This document shows, in pieces, positions 49,544 through 64,000 of a stretch of 64,000 nt of DNA. The position numbers and the translations under genes were made by a program. Source of the stretch: the human T2T-CHM13v2.0 reference genome, Homo sapiens. Under the pieces are notes generated by a model. It was not told where the DNA came from. It saw only the letters and a list, made by a program, of their open reading frames with translations, and did no database searches. The stretch's first letter is position 1. Each line of letters starts with the position of its first letter. Location: the NCBI RefSeq assembly GCF_009914755.1, contig NC_060936.1, one strand, 5' to 3'.

Positions 49544-52500
49544 GTTTTTTCATAAAGCAGAGGCTGCTTAACATGGCCAGAGTCGTTTACTCGAAGAACC
49601 CTGATGCTTTGAAAAAAGAAAAAAAGGCAAGTTCAGTTTACAGGGTACTGATGATTAAACATGGTTAGGTGAAATTGGTACCACTCAGTTCCACTGTGCA
49701 GCTGCCACAGCAGTGGCTATAAAAAATCATTACTGCCTGGCCAACCTCGAGGCCAGCTCTGCCTCAAGCCTCGGCTTTTAAGACTCCAGGCTATGCTGTG
49801 TTTACGCAAGGGCTCAGAAGCGAATTCCTTCCTACATCCTTCCTCTTGCCCAAGCCACCTTCAATAGCACATGGTATGACCAGAGGGCTCTTCTGGAGAC
49901 AAATCAGGGTAAAACAAAGGTAGTGACAGCTCATCTCCCTGCCCGGCCCCTGTCAATTCCCAAAGCTCAGTGCCAATGTTGCAAATGCAAACTGCAGAGA
50001 CCTGCCAGGGCCAACACATGGAGCAATTACTCAAAAGAAACACACCGAGAAAAAGGCAATGAATGACAATAGGAACCTAATAAGGAAAAGTGTGTTCGCC
50101 AATGGATTCATCTTTGCTCATAAACAAGCTGGTCAGTAACTTAATCAGATTGGCTCTAAGGGGGCCAAAAACTACTTCAGGAAGGGAGTATCCACGGGTA
50201 ACAAAGAAGCCCACCAATCAATTTGCTGCCGGATCAGAAAGCCTGCCTAGTTCCCTTCCAGGCTGGTCCTCTTGTGACCTCAACTCTCACCTGTGGAGGT
50301 CAGGTAAACTTTCCTAGGGGAAAGGCAGCTAAACCATCCTTCTGGATTATAAAGGCATACAGTCATCTGGAGCAAAGAAAGTCCTCATTATCAGCAGCCC
50401 ACGGCCACACCTTGCCTATCACACAGTCAACCCCAGCCAGCCTCAGCAGGAATATATTCACTTTTAGGAGCACGTGCTACTTCTGACTTGTACCAGCTCT
50501 CCACCAAGCACTACAAACAAAAACATTTCTAAAATGCATCAGTCCATCTATGACTCAACAAGAACTGGGTAGCTGTTATGACTGTTTTTGCTATGTATTG
50601 ACCTCCCAAAAGACAGGTTATGTCTGACTAGCAGCTCCTGGGATTTCTCCTTTGCAGTCCTTACCCCAGTTGTGATTAAATCAGCATTTGTGTCTTTACT
50701 TGACTCTACACTGGTAGGGATCTTATTCACTGCTTTATTTAACTTCCAGTCCTTAACACCATGCTTGGCATACGGTAGACCCGGGAAAACATTTAGTGTA
50801 GGCAGGTAGGCAGGTAGATAAAAAACGAAGGAAAGATGAAGGGAAGGAGGAAAGGAGGGAAGCTAGAGGGAGGGGAGGGTTGCTGTTATTAATTGATGCA
50901 AGCTCAGACCAGAGAGGTGGTAGCAGAACTGGGGAAAAAAAAAGGGGGAACCACCCCAGTTAAATAATACTGCCACGACAAGCATAATAGTAAGAAGATT
51001 AAGAATTCCTTTAACATCTATCTACACAGGCAATAGAGGAATAGCTAAACAAATATAAAACACAGGGGGCCCTGCTGTAAACCCAGGGGCAGGCTCCACC
51101 TCCCTTCGACCCTGGGTGGACCCATGGCTGGATAGAAGGAGGCTGCATGGAGATGAATGAGCCTTCCAGCTTAAAGGCCCCTTTTCAGCAGAGAGCCAGA
51201 CTCAGAGCTACCCCAAGTCCTCACCACAGCCCCATTCAGTATAGGGCAAGAAAAACTTCCCTTCACTTACGTCAAATGTAAAGATATGACTGGATGGCTT
51301 TATTTTATCTGAGGAAGGGCTGTAATCCTGGGACCTTGTTCTGGGAGGAAGCAGACAGTGAACACACACAGGCTGTGGAGGGTGTGGGTGGCTGCTGGAA
51401 CAACTCCTACATTCCTCCATAAACTAAAGATGGCCGAGGGTAGAAACCACCCCTTTGATTATGCAGCAAGCTGAACTTGGCCTCAAGGAGGCTCTATTGT
51501 CAAGTTACAATAGGCATAAATTCTTCACCATGCAGGGTCAGAGGAGGGTAGCAACATTCTAAAGGGTAAAAAAATAGGCCCACTTGCTGATTCCCCCTAA
51601 CAGTCCAGCGAGGCGGAGGGTCCCATGGTGCAATCGCCAGGGGATGCTTTCAGCTGGGTGTGAAAAGGAAAGTGCCCACATTCTCATCAAGCCTTGCTCA
51701 GCACTGAGGAAACTAAAAGGGCTCCATAAATGTTAATAAGCATAGTGGCTGTCTCTCCACAAAAATTTTCCCTTTTCCTACAATGATTTTTCCACTGAAA
51801 ATGTAAAAGAGGGTGCATTCTGCTCCCCTGTTTCAAAGGGGTGACAGGAAGTCAGGAGGAGACAAATGCTAGAAATCACTCTCATCTGTGCACCTGCCAA
51901 GGCTGGAGGGAAGACATTCAGCTCTACTCCCAGAGTGGTGGCGGACCCATCCAAGGTTCAGACAGCCGGTTAATGACAAAACAAAAAAGCACTACTACTA
52001 CTAATAGTAATGGCCAGTATTCATTAGCCACTTAATATATGGAGCAGACACCGTGCTGAATGCTTTACATGCCAGGGATCTTTGCACCCTTCTCATTTAA
52101 GCCTCAGCTTCACACCACCCTCTCAGGGAGATCCTTCCTGATCCCTCTAGCTGATAAGGCCACACTTATGGCCACCTCCCTCTCTCTATACCCTTCCCAT
52201 TTTATCTTCTCTGGAGCATTTCACACCAACTACTTTATTAGCCACATATTCAGCCTGTTTTTGTAGGACCCAGGGAGCTAAGAATGATTGTCATATTGTT
52301 TAAGGGTTGTTAAGGAAAAAAAAAAAAAAAAAAAGAAAATCTCTAACGCAGCTCCTGCAAAAGTATCTGCTTCAGGAAGTTGAAGGATACACTGAGCCAG
52401 TGCACAGACAGTATTGCATAATGCTTAGGAACATGGCTTTAAGTCCAGGCTAAAATCACCCTCTAGCTGTGTGACCCTGGGCAGGTTACATAACCTCTCT

Positions 52501-54309
52501 GTGCACCAGTTTTCTCATTCATCTAGTAGAGAAATAATAGTACCTGCCTCATAGGTCCTGGTAAGGATTACACATCAGGTGCTCAAGAATACACCTGGGC
52601 CAGGGGGTAACTGCTAAATAAGTGTCAGTCTTTTTTAACCCAGAGTGAGTGTTCTGTAAGTAGAACCTTCCCTTCTTCCTTTCTTTTTCAGAGCAAACTT
52701 GAATTCCTCCTGGCTCCTCAAGAGACAGTGAGTGGAGGTCTTAGGGACATGTTTTCATAGTACATAAAGGACAAGAGCATCTCCATCCTGGGTCTTTACA
52801 TTGCAACCTCATCTGAAATCAGGAAGATCAGATCAGCTGGTTACACACCATTATCAGCAGGGCTCCTGAGTCCAAACCAGACAGGAGGATGAACATCTTG
52901 AACCCAAAAAGCAATCCCAGGAGCATTTCTCCACCCGCTCCCACACTGTCTCCTTTCACCATTCAGCTGAACAGGGCACAAATATGTTCCTACTTAAAAT
53001 CAAAACTCAGCCTCAAGATATTCACACTTCAGCCTTTATGAAATTTGACTGTTCATCCACTTGTTCTTTTTGAAAACCTACCAAGTACCGGCTACACAAA
53101 AGGGAGCCAGCGCGACTGCTCCAGCCCTCAAGGTGGGAGGTGGGGTGGGGAGGGTACGGGCAATAAGCAAAACTCACACCAGTAATTACATAATTACCCT
53201 CATGGCCAGGGCTACCAAAGAAATGCACAGACATGCCCGGCATTGCGGAGGAAACCTCCTCTCCAGTTTTCCTCAATTCTCACATCTACAAAGAAACACA
53301 GAGGTAAGGAAGGGGCCCAGCAGGAAGAGATTACCAAATGTCTGAAATCACACACCCTCCACCCCTAAAAATCCCATTTGTTCCTGTACAAGTCAGAGAG
53401 CCTGAGAGGAGGAGGGAACTCAGGTGTTTGAGCCCGACTCACAGTACAGCCACATTCATAAATGTTCCCAAGTCTAGACAGTACCATGTGCCTTATAAAA
53501 TGGTCTGCTTTTAAATAAGGCCACCTTATGGTTTAATGTTTAAACCTTCTGCAGCAGCAGGTTTGGTGGAGAACCTGTGAATCCCGCCCTGCAGTGCCTG
53601 CCTGTTTCAGAGGCAAACTCAGCCCAGCCAATTCTGTTACATGCAACAGGCACAGCCTCCTCTTGAGGGTTGGAGGTTTTTCCTTTTTTGAATAATCACC
53701 AAAAACCACCTGCTCTGTGGCCTGCTGGGCATCCTCTCCCACATTGGCTGCTGTGGGTGTTCAGAGCTTGGTGACCTAGGAAGGGCTGGGGGATGCAGAG
53801 TAGAAGAGTAAATGCTCAGACTGTCACCGGCTGGGTGACCTCAGGCAAGCCCAAACTTCCCAGGTCTCGGTTTCCTCACCTGTAAAATGGGGTTACAAAA
53901 TCCTGTTTCTTGGGGTTGTTGTGAGGAGTGGAAACTAGGTAAGTAAAGGCCCCAGCACACAGTATTCACTGAATGGCAGTGATTATAAACCACACTTAAG
54001 AGGTAATGAGCCCACAGCAAATCATATCATAGGTCTCTTGGCTCCTCTCCACCCCCACACATATCCTCCCCTCCCCACATTTGCACAGTGGCAAAAGCAG
54101 GTTAAAATTAATATCCGGCCAGCCCCAGGGTGTCCTGGTGTCTTATGGAGAGGACGCCTGTGTAGTGTAGGACCAGCCTTGGGGGCGTGGCAGAGAGTCT
54201 GGGCAGGTTGTATGTCGTCGAGGCTCTAACCAAGAGAATCCCTGCCCTCCTCCTTTTGCAACCATCTCCCTGCATGCTCATTCATTGATATAAGCTGGAC
54301 TTCAAGGAG

Positions 54310-54462
54310 TATTCTTGAAGTGCCTCTCAAATAGGAGTCACCCATGCATCTTGAAAAAGTGCAGATTCTGAATCCATAGGTCTGGGTATCCAGCCTGGGA
54401 TTCTGCATTTCCAGCAAGGTCCCAGGTGATGCCAGCCCCAGGGACCACACTTGGAGTAGCCA
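54310..54462. mobile_element. MER5-family MITE
   Basis: gcagattctgaatccataggtctggg...ttctgcatttccagcaaggtcccaggtgatgcc...ggaccacacttggagtagc. Confidence 0.65.
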
Positions 54463-57400
54463 GGTCTTAGTGCTTCGTCTTTGACCCTCAACATTTTTAA
54501 ATCAGTGGCAATATTCTTAATAATAGCAATAATTAATATTTCTTAGGTGTTAATCATGTGCCAGTGGACCTTATCTCATTTAAGCCTACCTACAATCCTA
54601 TTTTACAGATGAGAACATTGAGGCCAGGAAAGATAAATATTTCCCAAAGTTACATAGCCTGTAAAAAAAAAAAAAAAAAAAGTGGAGCTAGAATTCGAGC
54701 CCAGAGGCTGCTGATTTTTAAGGCTATGAATAAAGTTGGGATGAATAGAAAACATCACAGGGAACAGAATCTCCTGTAGGATCCGAAAGGGTCCCTAAAG
54801 CCTAGTGAGATGGACCCCCCTCCAAGCAGATGAAGTTTTACAGGGTCATATGTGAGGTCCCAAAAGGAGGGACTGGAGGGCTGAGCAGCAGGGAAGAAAC
54901 ACAGTCATAAATATGGCATTAGCATCACTTAGTGAGAACAAGTTTGCATCCTAATCCCAGCAACACGAGCTGGCAACTTCCCTGCCATTCACAAGGTGTG
55001 ATCTCATACCCAGGCACGTTCCACGGGAGCTGCAGGGCACGAAGTCAGAGGCAGCTCAGGGGATCTCTCCTTACCTAGGAGCCCAGAGGCCGCCTGCAGC
55101 AGGAGCAGGCAGCCAAGCCCGGCTGGAGGCTGTAAAGTGCTCCTGCTCTTGCCTGGGAGATGCACAGAGTGTGGGGCAAGGCACAGCCCCACCGAGGCCA
55201 CACCGGTCCAAAGCTCCCAGGATCACCATGTGGCTTTCACTCAAAAAGCCTCTGGCCGAGGACAGTCACCACGGTGATGCCACCCATCTTGCAAACAAAG
55301 CCCCTAATTAATTAAATGACCCCGGGCTCTTTATGGAGGGGCCTGGCCAACTCAGAACAACACCCCAGCAAGTTGCTGTGATGCAACGGGCCCCATGGGA
55401 ACCAAGCCAGCTCTGCCTGGGGGCCCATGGGCCTCTTCTTCCCTTCCTCTTTAGCCTGTTGGTTCATGTCCTACATGAATGTATTTCAGAAAGAAATGGA
55501 TTGGAAGCCAAGAGTTGTATCAACAGGCTCTGAGGCGAGGCACTGAAGCCAGGGAGCATGGTATGTGTAGCTAGGAGCTTTTCCTTCAAAGAGTGGCATC
55601 CCCTCACTGGCCCTCATCAGCCCTTTAATGTTGTAAGAGGTTCTGAAAATTTAATCCTCTGTAACTTGGTTCTCAAACCTCTATTTCTCAAAATTCTACA
55701 TAAAAGAGATGATGATTCCTGTGATGATATTGATTTCTCTCCTGCCATAAAAAATGCATTCTATTTTCAGAACATAAAAAACAAAGCAGATTCGTGCTTG
55801 ACTGGGCCTGGGCCAGCTCAGGAGGACCTCAGGGCTGGGACATTTTTATCTACAGGGACAGTCATTCCTTGGTCTCTAAGACTCACCCCCACCCCTCTCC
55901 CCTTCAAAGACTGAGCTAAGAATGTCATTGCAAGTGGTGATGCCACAAGGGAAGTGGAATTAATGACTAAGAAACCGTGGGCAGATTCACACTCCCTGTT
56001 GAGGTTTGTAAACATAAGATACAAACCGTGGCTGACCAGGCAAGAACCAAAGAAATAGCAAAAAGGCCACCGGAAAGTTCGTGCTGAGTGGGCATGCCAA
56101 AAGTGAGCCACAAACCCGCCTGAAAAGGACAGTCAGAGACTCTAGAGCACTATCTGTCCAAGGGTGGTGAGCAGATCACCTGCCTCCGATCCCCTGGTTA
56201 GGGGGAAAGGGGAAACTGATTGCTAAAATGCAGATTCCTGGGCCCACCCCAGAGCTAGTGAATGAAGGTGGCAGTGTTCAGGGTAGGGGGCAGACCTGGT
56301 ATCAGCATTCTTTACAGCCTCCCAGGTGATTCTGCTGCACTCTGAGGTTTGAGAGCAGTCACCTTAAAGCAGGGTAAATGTGGCCCTGACGACACCTATT
56401 GTTCTGTAGCTTAAACAGGAAGCAGTTATATTACATACTAGATGACTGATGAAAATTAATGAACCTTCCATTTATACACAGAGGAATTAAACACAGGCTT
56501 CCTTGAGGGGGCTCAGTGACTTGAATTAATTTACCCCTGGTAAATGGAAAGTTTGCTTCCAATGGGTATCTCCCTAGTCCCAGCCCAAGGAGGGCCTGTG
56601 GATGAAGTGATGCCAGGGAATGTGGGTGTGGATGGGTTACTTCACAGTCTACACATAACCCGGAGCACGAAAAAGCCTCTGGTAACACAAGAGACGCTAA
56701 CACAGACAATATCAGATTCAAAGAAAGACTGAAAATGCCAGGCCATTTAGCTGAGACTGGAGTTGCCAAGCAGCTGTTTATTTTTGGACGTTCACGTCTC
56801 TGAAGCCAAATGCAACACCAAATCAGAATTCTAAAGTGCAACTGTTTTTCTTCCAGGTTACAATTGCCCTGGGAAGGGAGAGAAAGGGCTGGGCCAGAGG
56901 GCTGAGGTTGCTTACAACTTGGACAGCCTCAACTGGTAGCATCTGATCACTCTGACACTGTTTATAACAAGGCTTGGATAAGCTTAAGGTTGTGCAACTT
57001 TTATTTATCAACCTCCAAACCCAGAAGAACCCGAGCCAGTACTGCTAAGAAATCCAGCATCTGCACCTTGGGCTTGTCATCAGTCACAGCAACCCAGCCA
57101 AGGCGACTCCTATAAGGAGAGGGACTCGGATAATCACGCCACCGGCTCAGTTTCCTCACCTGCAAATGAGGATGATGATGGTACCAACCTCACAAGGTTG
57201 CTGTGGCAACATGGCAGATTGTGTATATGATGGAAGGCAGAGAAGGCAAATAGTACCTACGGCAGAAGCCAAAATGAGGACTGTTATCATGAGTAGATGT
57301 TAGAGCTGTAAGGACTTAGAATGCTCTATGCCAATCTCCTCATGTTACAGATGGGGAAACTGAGTCCCAGGGAGGTTAAAGTACATACAGGCCCCAAGTT

Positions 57401-60400
57401 CACGAAGTTATCAGCAGCACTGGAATTGCAACAAGAGAGTCCTGATTCCCACTCCAGGAGGGATAAACACTCTGAGCAAGGGGTCCTTCCTAATCAAATA
57501 CTAAGCCACAGTGAGCAGCAGGGCTGAAACTGCCACAAAAAAAATTCAACATTTACATGGGAGGCTGGCTCCAGTCACAGCCAAGTCCCCAGAACTGTTG
57601 CATCATTAATAAACCGAGATGGGAGTGGCAGATACTCTTCAGGGTGCTGACAAATCATGACTTGTGCTGCAGCTTGGTGTATTTCACCTCCATCTAATGT
57701 CTGTCCTCACATAGCTATGCCAGAGACGCTGTTTTCAGTTCAGTTCTATCCAAACTTTCCTCCAATTTCTGAAGACTGATTTAATATCACCCATGAATAC
57801 GCATACTTGGGAAGTTTTCATCCTATTATTTCTTAATTCATTGCAAACACTGCTATTAAATGATAACTTCAGGCCACTACTGAATCACTAACCTTGGGGA
57901 CAATGAGCTAGGAACACAAAAACCTAAGAAGCAAAATTAGTTTTCCAAAGGGAAAGGAAATTAGTCAGTTGAGTTTAGCTGATCCAGGTGAGCAGAACCA
58001 AAAAAACTTTTCTTCATTTCTTAATATGGTAAAATACAACAAGCTAAAAAGAGGCATGACTTTCTATCTTATTTTATATTCTAATCATGAATGGTTTTAT
58101 AAATAAGTGAAAGAGAAGATTCTGCAGAAGTTATTTTTATCCAGACAGAATCTCTTCTGTTTAGAAAACTGATTTATAGCAATGTACAAGACCTATCAGA
58201 TAGGGCGGGAGCAACCGTGCAGGCTGCAGTCCGTCCCCCAAAGCCTCTGGAGAGCACTCAGGAGCCCCCGAGGCCTCTCTCATTATCTCCTCACAAGCAT
58301 CTTTTTCCTTCCAAGAGAAGCTCTCATTGTCCATTATTCCTAGAGTTAAAAGGCTGGTCCCTCCTCCCCAGCCCGTTGCAAGATCCATCGGGAGGCTTGT
58401 CATCTCCCTCATTAGTGCTCCACAAGCCTGCCTGCTGGGATGCTCTTGCTCATTGCAAATGCACAGCCCCAAGAAACCGCAGGCTGAGCTGAGGAGTGTG
58501 CTCGGCCCCAGACGAGCATTTCCTGCCGTCCCATCATGGGGATGAGCCTCGCCCAGTACTCAACTCTCAGTTCCTACCCTCAAGGAGGCTGGGGCAGGGG
58601 TCTGTGGTCATCTTGGAGACCCTAGTTGTGCCCTGGGTTGGGGAGTGTGCTCATGCCCCTAGACATGGCACCTGCCATTTTCTCTGCCAGGATCCTCCAC
58701 ATCCTGTCCTCGCCATTAACATTTTCGGTTGACCAACTCCTCTGCATCCATCTGCTGCAGACATGGCCCATCCCCTGCAATGACCCCTTTGCAGATATGG
58801 GTCCCCTTTTATAACCTCGCTCACCATTGCTCATAAGCTTCATTTGCACGAAAATCATTTCTGTTTTATGCACCACGGCATCTCCAGTACTAAGCATGTG
58901 CCTAATGTACAGTATATACAAAAAAGCTGTTGCTAAAATGGAGCCCAAGTATTAAGAAGGACCCTTGACAAACAGAAAACCATAGTGGGACATCTGATCA
59001 TTCCAGCCAACCTAAACCCCAGCCATCTGCCGCTGAGCCTTCTTTTACTTGCTCACCTTTCAAACGTGGAATCCCTTCTTGTCCCAAAATCACTGAGCCT
59101 GAACTTCCTCATCTTCCAAATGGAGACAATAACAGTGCCCACTCCAGAGGGGTTGGGGGTGATTCACAATAAAAGCTAGCAGTCATAATAATTACCAGTT
59201 ATCAAGCCCTCACTATGTGCCAGGCCCTCAGTACCTTTCTGTTAAGCCTCTCAACCTCTCACTCATTAAATTCTTACAAAAACATTATTATTTCTGCCTT
59301 CTCAATGAATATAAACTGAGTCTGAGGGAAGTTAAGTAACGTGCCCTAAGGCACATAAATAAATAGGAGGTCTGGGTCTCCATACGCTGAAAGACCATAC
59401 TCTTAACCTCTGAAGCACACTGACAAAGCAATCAGCACAGTGCCTGGCACATAGTAGGTGTTACATAAATATGAGCTGAATCAGAACCTCTGGACATGAA
59501 GGCCCCATCGAGGCCGCACTGCCTTGTCCCCACCAGAAGTCCTTTTGTTAGCTAATATTTAAACCACTTCCATCTTCAAAAGCACATCTATCAATCAGTG
59601 TTCCTGCTGCTTTCTGTGGGACCAGGTGGGCAAAAGGCAGAATTGTATGGGAGGGGCTGGGAGGCATGTCCCTAAAACGATGTGAGAATGAGTCGATTCC
59701 ACAGCAAGCAATTGTGGAAAATCTGTTCTGGATAAGGCATTGATCCAGTCCTAGAGAACATGAACTAGACCTACCCTTCAAGTTGCCTACCATCCTACTG
59801 GAAAGGCCAGTAGACACAGGGGCTCCTCCCTGCCCAGCCCCTCCCTATTCACTCTCCTTTTGGGAGGAACACCCTGACTTCACTGTGAGGACTATTCCTA
59901 CCCCCAAGATGCCTTTTGAAAGAGACCAAGATACTTCACCCTCTCCCATGCCAACAGGCAGGCACACAACTCTAGAGCTAGCCCTGGAGATGCTCTTTCT
60001 AAGGTTTCAAGAACCATCCCAGCAAAGTGTTCTTTTGGGAGCCCACAGACACATGATGTGTATGCACACAGATGGGGCCTCTTGAGAAGTCATTCCATGC
60101 ATGGCTCCCCCATTTCTATCCCTGTGTCTTTCTCACACTCCTAAATAACTATCAGTTCAAACCAGAAAACCGAGTCTCACTTTGCTCAGCTATTCATTTT
60201 CCCATTTCCAAAAAAAGCCAAGGCAGTGTTGCTGCTGCTTCTCTCTCACACTGCGTGCCTTACACTCAGTCATCTCCTCCATAAAATGGGCCTACTTCAC
60301 TTGACCGGTACTAGTTGAAATGCAGTCTTCAGGACCCACATAGATGTCATTTTTATAATAACTTCGTCAAACACCACAAAAATACAATATCAAATTATTG

Positions 60401-63400
60401 TGGAGCTTCATCCCATTTCAGGGGAGGGATTCAGTAAGGATAACATTGACCTACTTTGCACAAAGGTGCAGGAAGTCCAGCTTCATTCTCTGCCAAATAA
60501 TGTTCACACCTACAAACTATTTACCTGCCACTGTCCATGCTACACAATGACAGTCAGTATATAGCCTAACAAAAGGGAAGGTCATTCATTGTCAATGCCC
60601 CAGACATAGCAAGCAGAGACTGCAAGCCAGGAACTGCTGTGTTCCCCTCTGTGTCCTCAATATCTAGGAAAGGATCTGGCTCTATAGTAGTAGACTTCCA
60701 ATAAATATTTGTTGAGCTTAATTTTATAAAAAATGATGACTATCGTAAGTCTTAATTTGTATAAGAATTATTCCTTTCTTACCTATCCACCCACTACCTG
60801 GCCCAATATCTACAAGTTGCTGAAGTCAGGCAGTCTACCCAGATTCCACTCTGGTCCAAGTTGCCTCTGTACTTGTGGCTAAGACCACAAATCCATGGAG
60901 GCAATACCATGCTGTATGAATGGCCTCCCACCTATAGATACAATGTCATCCCACTTCATTTTATTGCCCCCACCACCACCCCATGAGATAAGCTAGAAAT
61001 TTTGCAGGAGAGGAAAACAGAAACCAACAAGAACTCCCCAAGTTTCCACAGGTCACAAAGGCCCCACCCAAGTTTCAACCCAGGTACTTGGATCCAGTGG
61101 CCAATGCTGCTTCCACTGGACCACGCCTGTTTCCACATTTGTCAAATCTATGGAAATATGTGGTAAGGAAGAAAACACTCTTAGCCCTGGCATTGTGATG
61201 CTTCCTTTCTCTGGAATGTAAAGCCTTGGGGGAAACTAGCTCAGATAGCAGATTGCTCAAATGTCGTGGAAGGTCTGGTCGGGGAGCTAATCAGAACAAT
61301 TTGAATGTGCGGCTAAGCAAGGACACTCCTTCCTGGATCAAGCGTTGCTTTGATGGCAATACTTTATAAGAACCATTCCCTTACAACAAAACTGTCAAAT
61401 CCAGCAACCACAGGCCAGAAACATCCCTGCGGAACCCCGCCAAGCTGCTTTCTGATGTACTGTACACACAAATACCAATATTCCCCAGATGTTCTCCATG
61501 TAAAACATTTGGTTTGAGACACTGCTCTTCTTTCCCAAAAACTCTTACATTTGTTTAATGGACTCATACAGTTCAGCTAAAATATCCTGGAGCAGACATC
61601 TGAAGCCAGCCCGGCTCTAATGTGAGCATCCCATCTGCAGAAAAGACGAACAAGTAAATAAGACCATCCTTCCCAAGATTTATGCTCCTTGCATCTTTAA
61701 GCAGGTCATAAAATGTAAGCTATGTAAGGATAATAATGCAAGTTGCTTTCAAGTGTATTTCTGAGTCCATCTCAGTATTAATCTAAGACTGATGTTCCAA
61801 CAGAGACTGGGTCTGGCATGCTAATAAGGGGACTAAATTCTACTTCTTACTCCCTCAAAAAAGAAATCTAAAAATCTGTCACTTGAGCAACATAGATGAC
61901 TGAGATAAAGGTAGGTTTTTCCTGGTTTTAATTATCCAAATATAGCAATAGCTTCTTTATGCCAAAACCACTATCTCTTAACCTGTAGTGTAAAACACAG
62001 GTAAGAGGTAGCAAAATAGAAAATACACTTGACCTTGAGTCAAGAGACCCAGCTCAGCCACATCCTAACTGAGTGACCCCGACCAGCCCTATTTACTCCA
62101 AGGTGGCTCATCCTGTTACCCAGAAAACACGACTTCATGCTTGGAGCGCCATTCAGCCCTGAAGACTTTGGGGAATGGAAATAAGCCCTTAGAAATGCCA
62201 CTCAAAGAAATGCCATGGATTCCATGCACGGCGCCCCTGCAGATCGTCACCCATAGTTTTCCTACTAACACAATTACGAGGAAAGCTTACTCACAGAAAA
62301 TCTGTAGGGAAGCTGGAAAAATGGAACTAGAAAGCTGCTAGACACAGCCTCACTGACAGAAGCAAGACATGACAACTCACTTTCCCCTTAATCTTTAACT
62401 TTTCTGTATCTGGCGAGTTTTCAGTATTGAGCATGCACTATTTTCGCTAAGGGAAAAGAAGAATTTTATTTTTTAAAAAGGTCACAAAGAGGAATGAAAG
62501 TTAATAAGGGAGATGACAGACACAAACTATAAATAGCAGACATGAGAACTCCAAAACACAGTACAGAGGACCATTGAGGAGAATTTTCTCAAACTCATCA
62601 AGAAAAAGTTTTCACTACCTTCAAGGAACTTTGTTTTAAGAAGGCAAGAAAGTGTGCATCCCGATGAGAAAGATTTCCTGAAGAAATGCCTACAATGTTT
62701 AAGAGGATTGGCTCTTAAATGGGTGAGCTTCAATTATCTGGAAAAAAAATATATTTAGAGCTCTCTATTATAACTTATTAGTATTTCCACTTAACCAAAG
62801 CATCCGATTAACCAGCGTTCTCCATTCCCTTGACTGAGGCTCATGGCAGGCTGAACACTAGGGGCTGTTGGGCTACTCTCTGCTTTTCCCACACCGGTCC
62901 ACACAATGAGCCAACTGCCCACCCTCATCTCAGCCAAGTCTACCACTTCCAATATCGCAGTCTCTACAGACCATGGCCTCCAACAGGACCAGAAACTTAC
63001 AGCACCACTGCAACTGGCCCTTTGCTAAGGATAAGAAGTCCAATTTCAGACTTAGATTTGCCCTCATCATTGCCAAGAAAAGGCAAAGTGATGTGAGATG
63101 GCATAGAGAAAATGCCCAATATTGTGCCCAACATCCAGTATATGCTCCAAAAATGCTGGCTGTTCTTATCATTTTTATTATTATAATAATAACGAACAGA
63201 CGTTATGCAGAGGCGTGTGCAAATACAAACACCACAATGAGAACTTCAAAATCTGAGACTCAGAGGACGATGTCGGGGGCAAAGTGAGAAGGGGGCTGGG
63301 AGAAAAGGAGCAGCTGTCGCCTCTTCTGAGAAGCCATCTCAGGTCACCCCACTAACAGAAGTCCCTCCAAATGTACTTCTGTAGTCCCCAGGGAATTGAT

Positions 63401-63691
63401 TTCGCAGGATGGAATTATTTCCCTGAAATAAACAGACAGTCAAAGGTCACTACAACTGGGGCCTAAAAAGCAAACAAGCCAGCTGCTGATTTACAGGCAG
63501 CCTATGACGCAAGATAGCAAGAGGTCTCGGCCCAGGTCCAGTGCAATGGCTTCGGACACACCGGTCCCACAGGGGCGAGGATGGAGGAGGGGGCTCACCT
63601 TCCTGTAAGCAAGGTCCCATCTTGACCAGGCATGGATGGGGACACCTTCAGGAGAGCAGACCCTTGAACTTCTGCTGTCAGCATGCTCTAG

Positions 63692-63870
63692 CCAGTGGCT
63701 CTCAGCCCTAGCAGTGCATTACAGTGACCTACGGGTCTGTTTAAAAATACTGATACCTGAGTTCCTTCCCCAGGCAGCCTCCTTTAGTTAGCCTGGGGTA
63801 AAGTCCAGACATCAGTGTTTTGAAAAGATCCCAGGTGATTCTCATGCTCAGCCAGGCCTGAGAACTAGCC
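63692..63870. mobile_element. MER5-family MITE followed by a MIR start
   Basis: cagtggctctcagccct...ttaaaaatactgatacctgag...cccaggtgattctcatgctcagccagg...gagaact. Confidence 0.65.
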
Positions 63871-64000
63871 ACATAGTGGAAAGAACCCACAGCGGGGTCA
63901 GGCAGACCCGAGCTTTTAACTCCAATGCTCTCTTGCTTTCTTGAGCAGATCAGCCCTTCTGTCTGAGCATCGGTTTCTTTAACCCTAAAGTGAGGACGAT

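Larger units (their letters stand above)
49286..64000 (-). other. NUAK1: NUAK1 intron 1 (3' part; exon 1 and promoter lie outside the window)
   Basis: No N-terminal GxGxxG-encoding exon or CpG island seen upstream of exon 2. Confidence 0.85.

Overview
Human genomic DNA from the NUAK1 (ARK5, AMPK-related kinase; 12q23.3 from memory) locus, transcribed on the minus strand. The window holds coding exons 2-7 (121, 152, 66, 120, 133 and 1154 coding nt, all with GT-AG boundaries; with the 240-nt exon 1 lying beyond the right edge they give 661 aa), the ~3.45 kb 3'UTR, the poly(A) signal at 6113-6118 and ~6 kb of downstream flank. Most of the rest is intronic DNA rich in Alu, MIR, L1/L2, MaLR LTR and DNA-transposon relics, and nearly all short ORFs in the track are chance frames. 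I see no new gene or multi-gene system. The best unexplained signals are: (i) a ~60-70 nt element duplicated 1083 nt apart in the 3'UTR, containing a small stem-loop with a compensatory base pair; (ii) an AluJ carrying a 64-bp fold-back inverted duplication; (iii) a 55-bp near-perfect palindrome in intron 5; (iv) a G-quadruplex-like tract 7 nt after a UAG-C stop whose readthrough would add an RGG-rich tail; (v) a triple AP-1 cluster; (vi) a THE1 LTR with a perfect DUX4 site, antisense to NUAK1. Repeat subfamily calls are from memory of consensus sequences and repeat boundaries are approximate.
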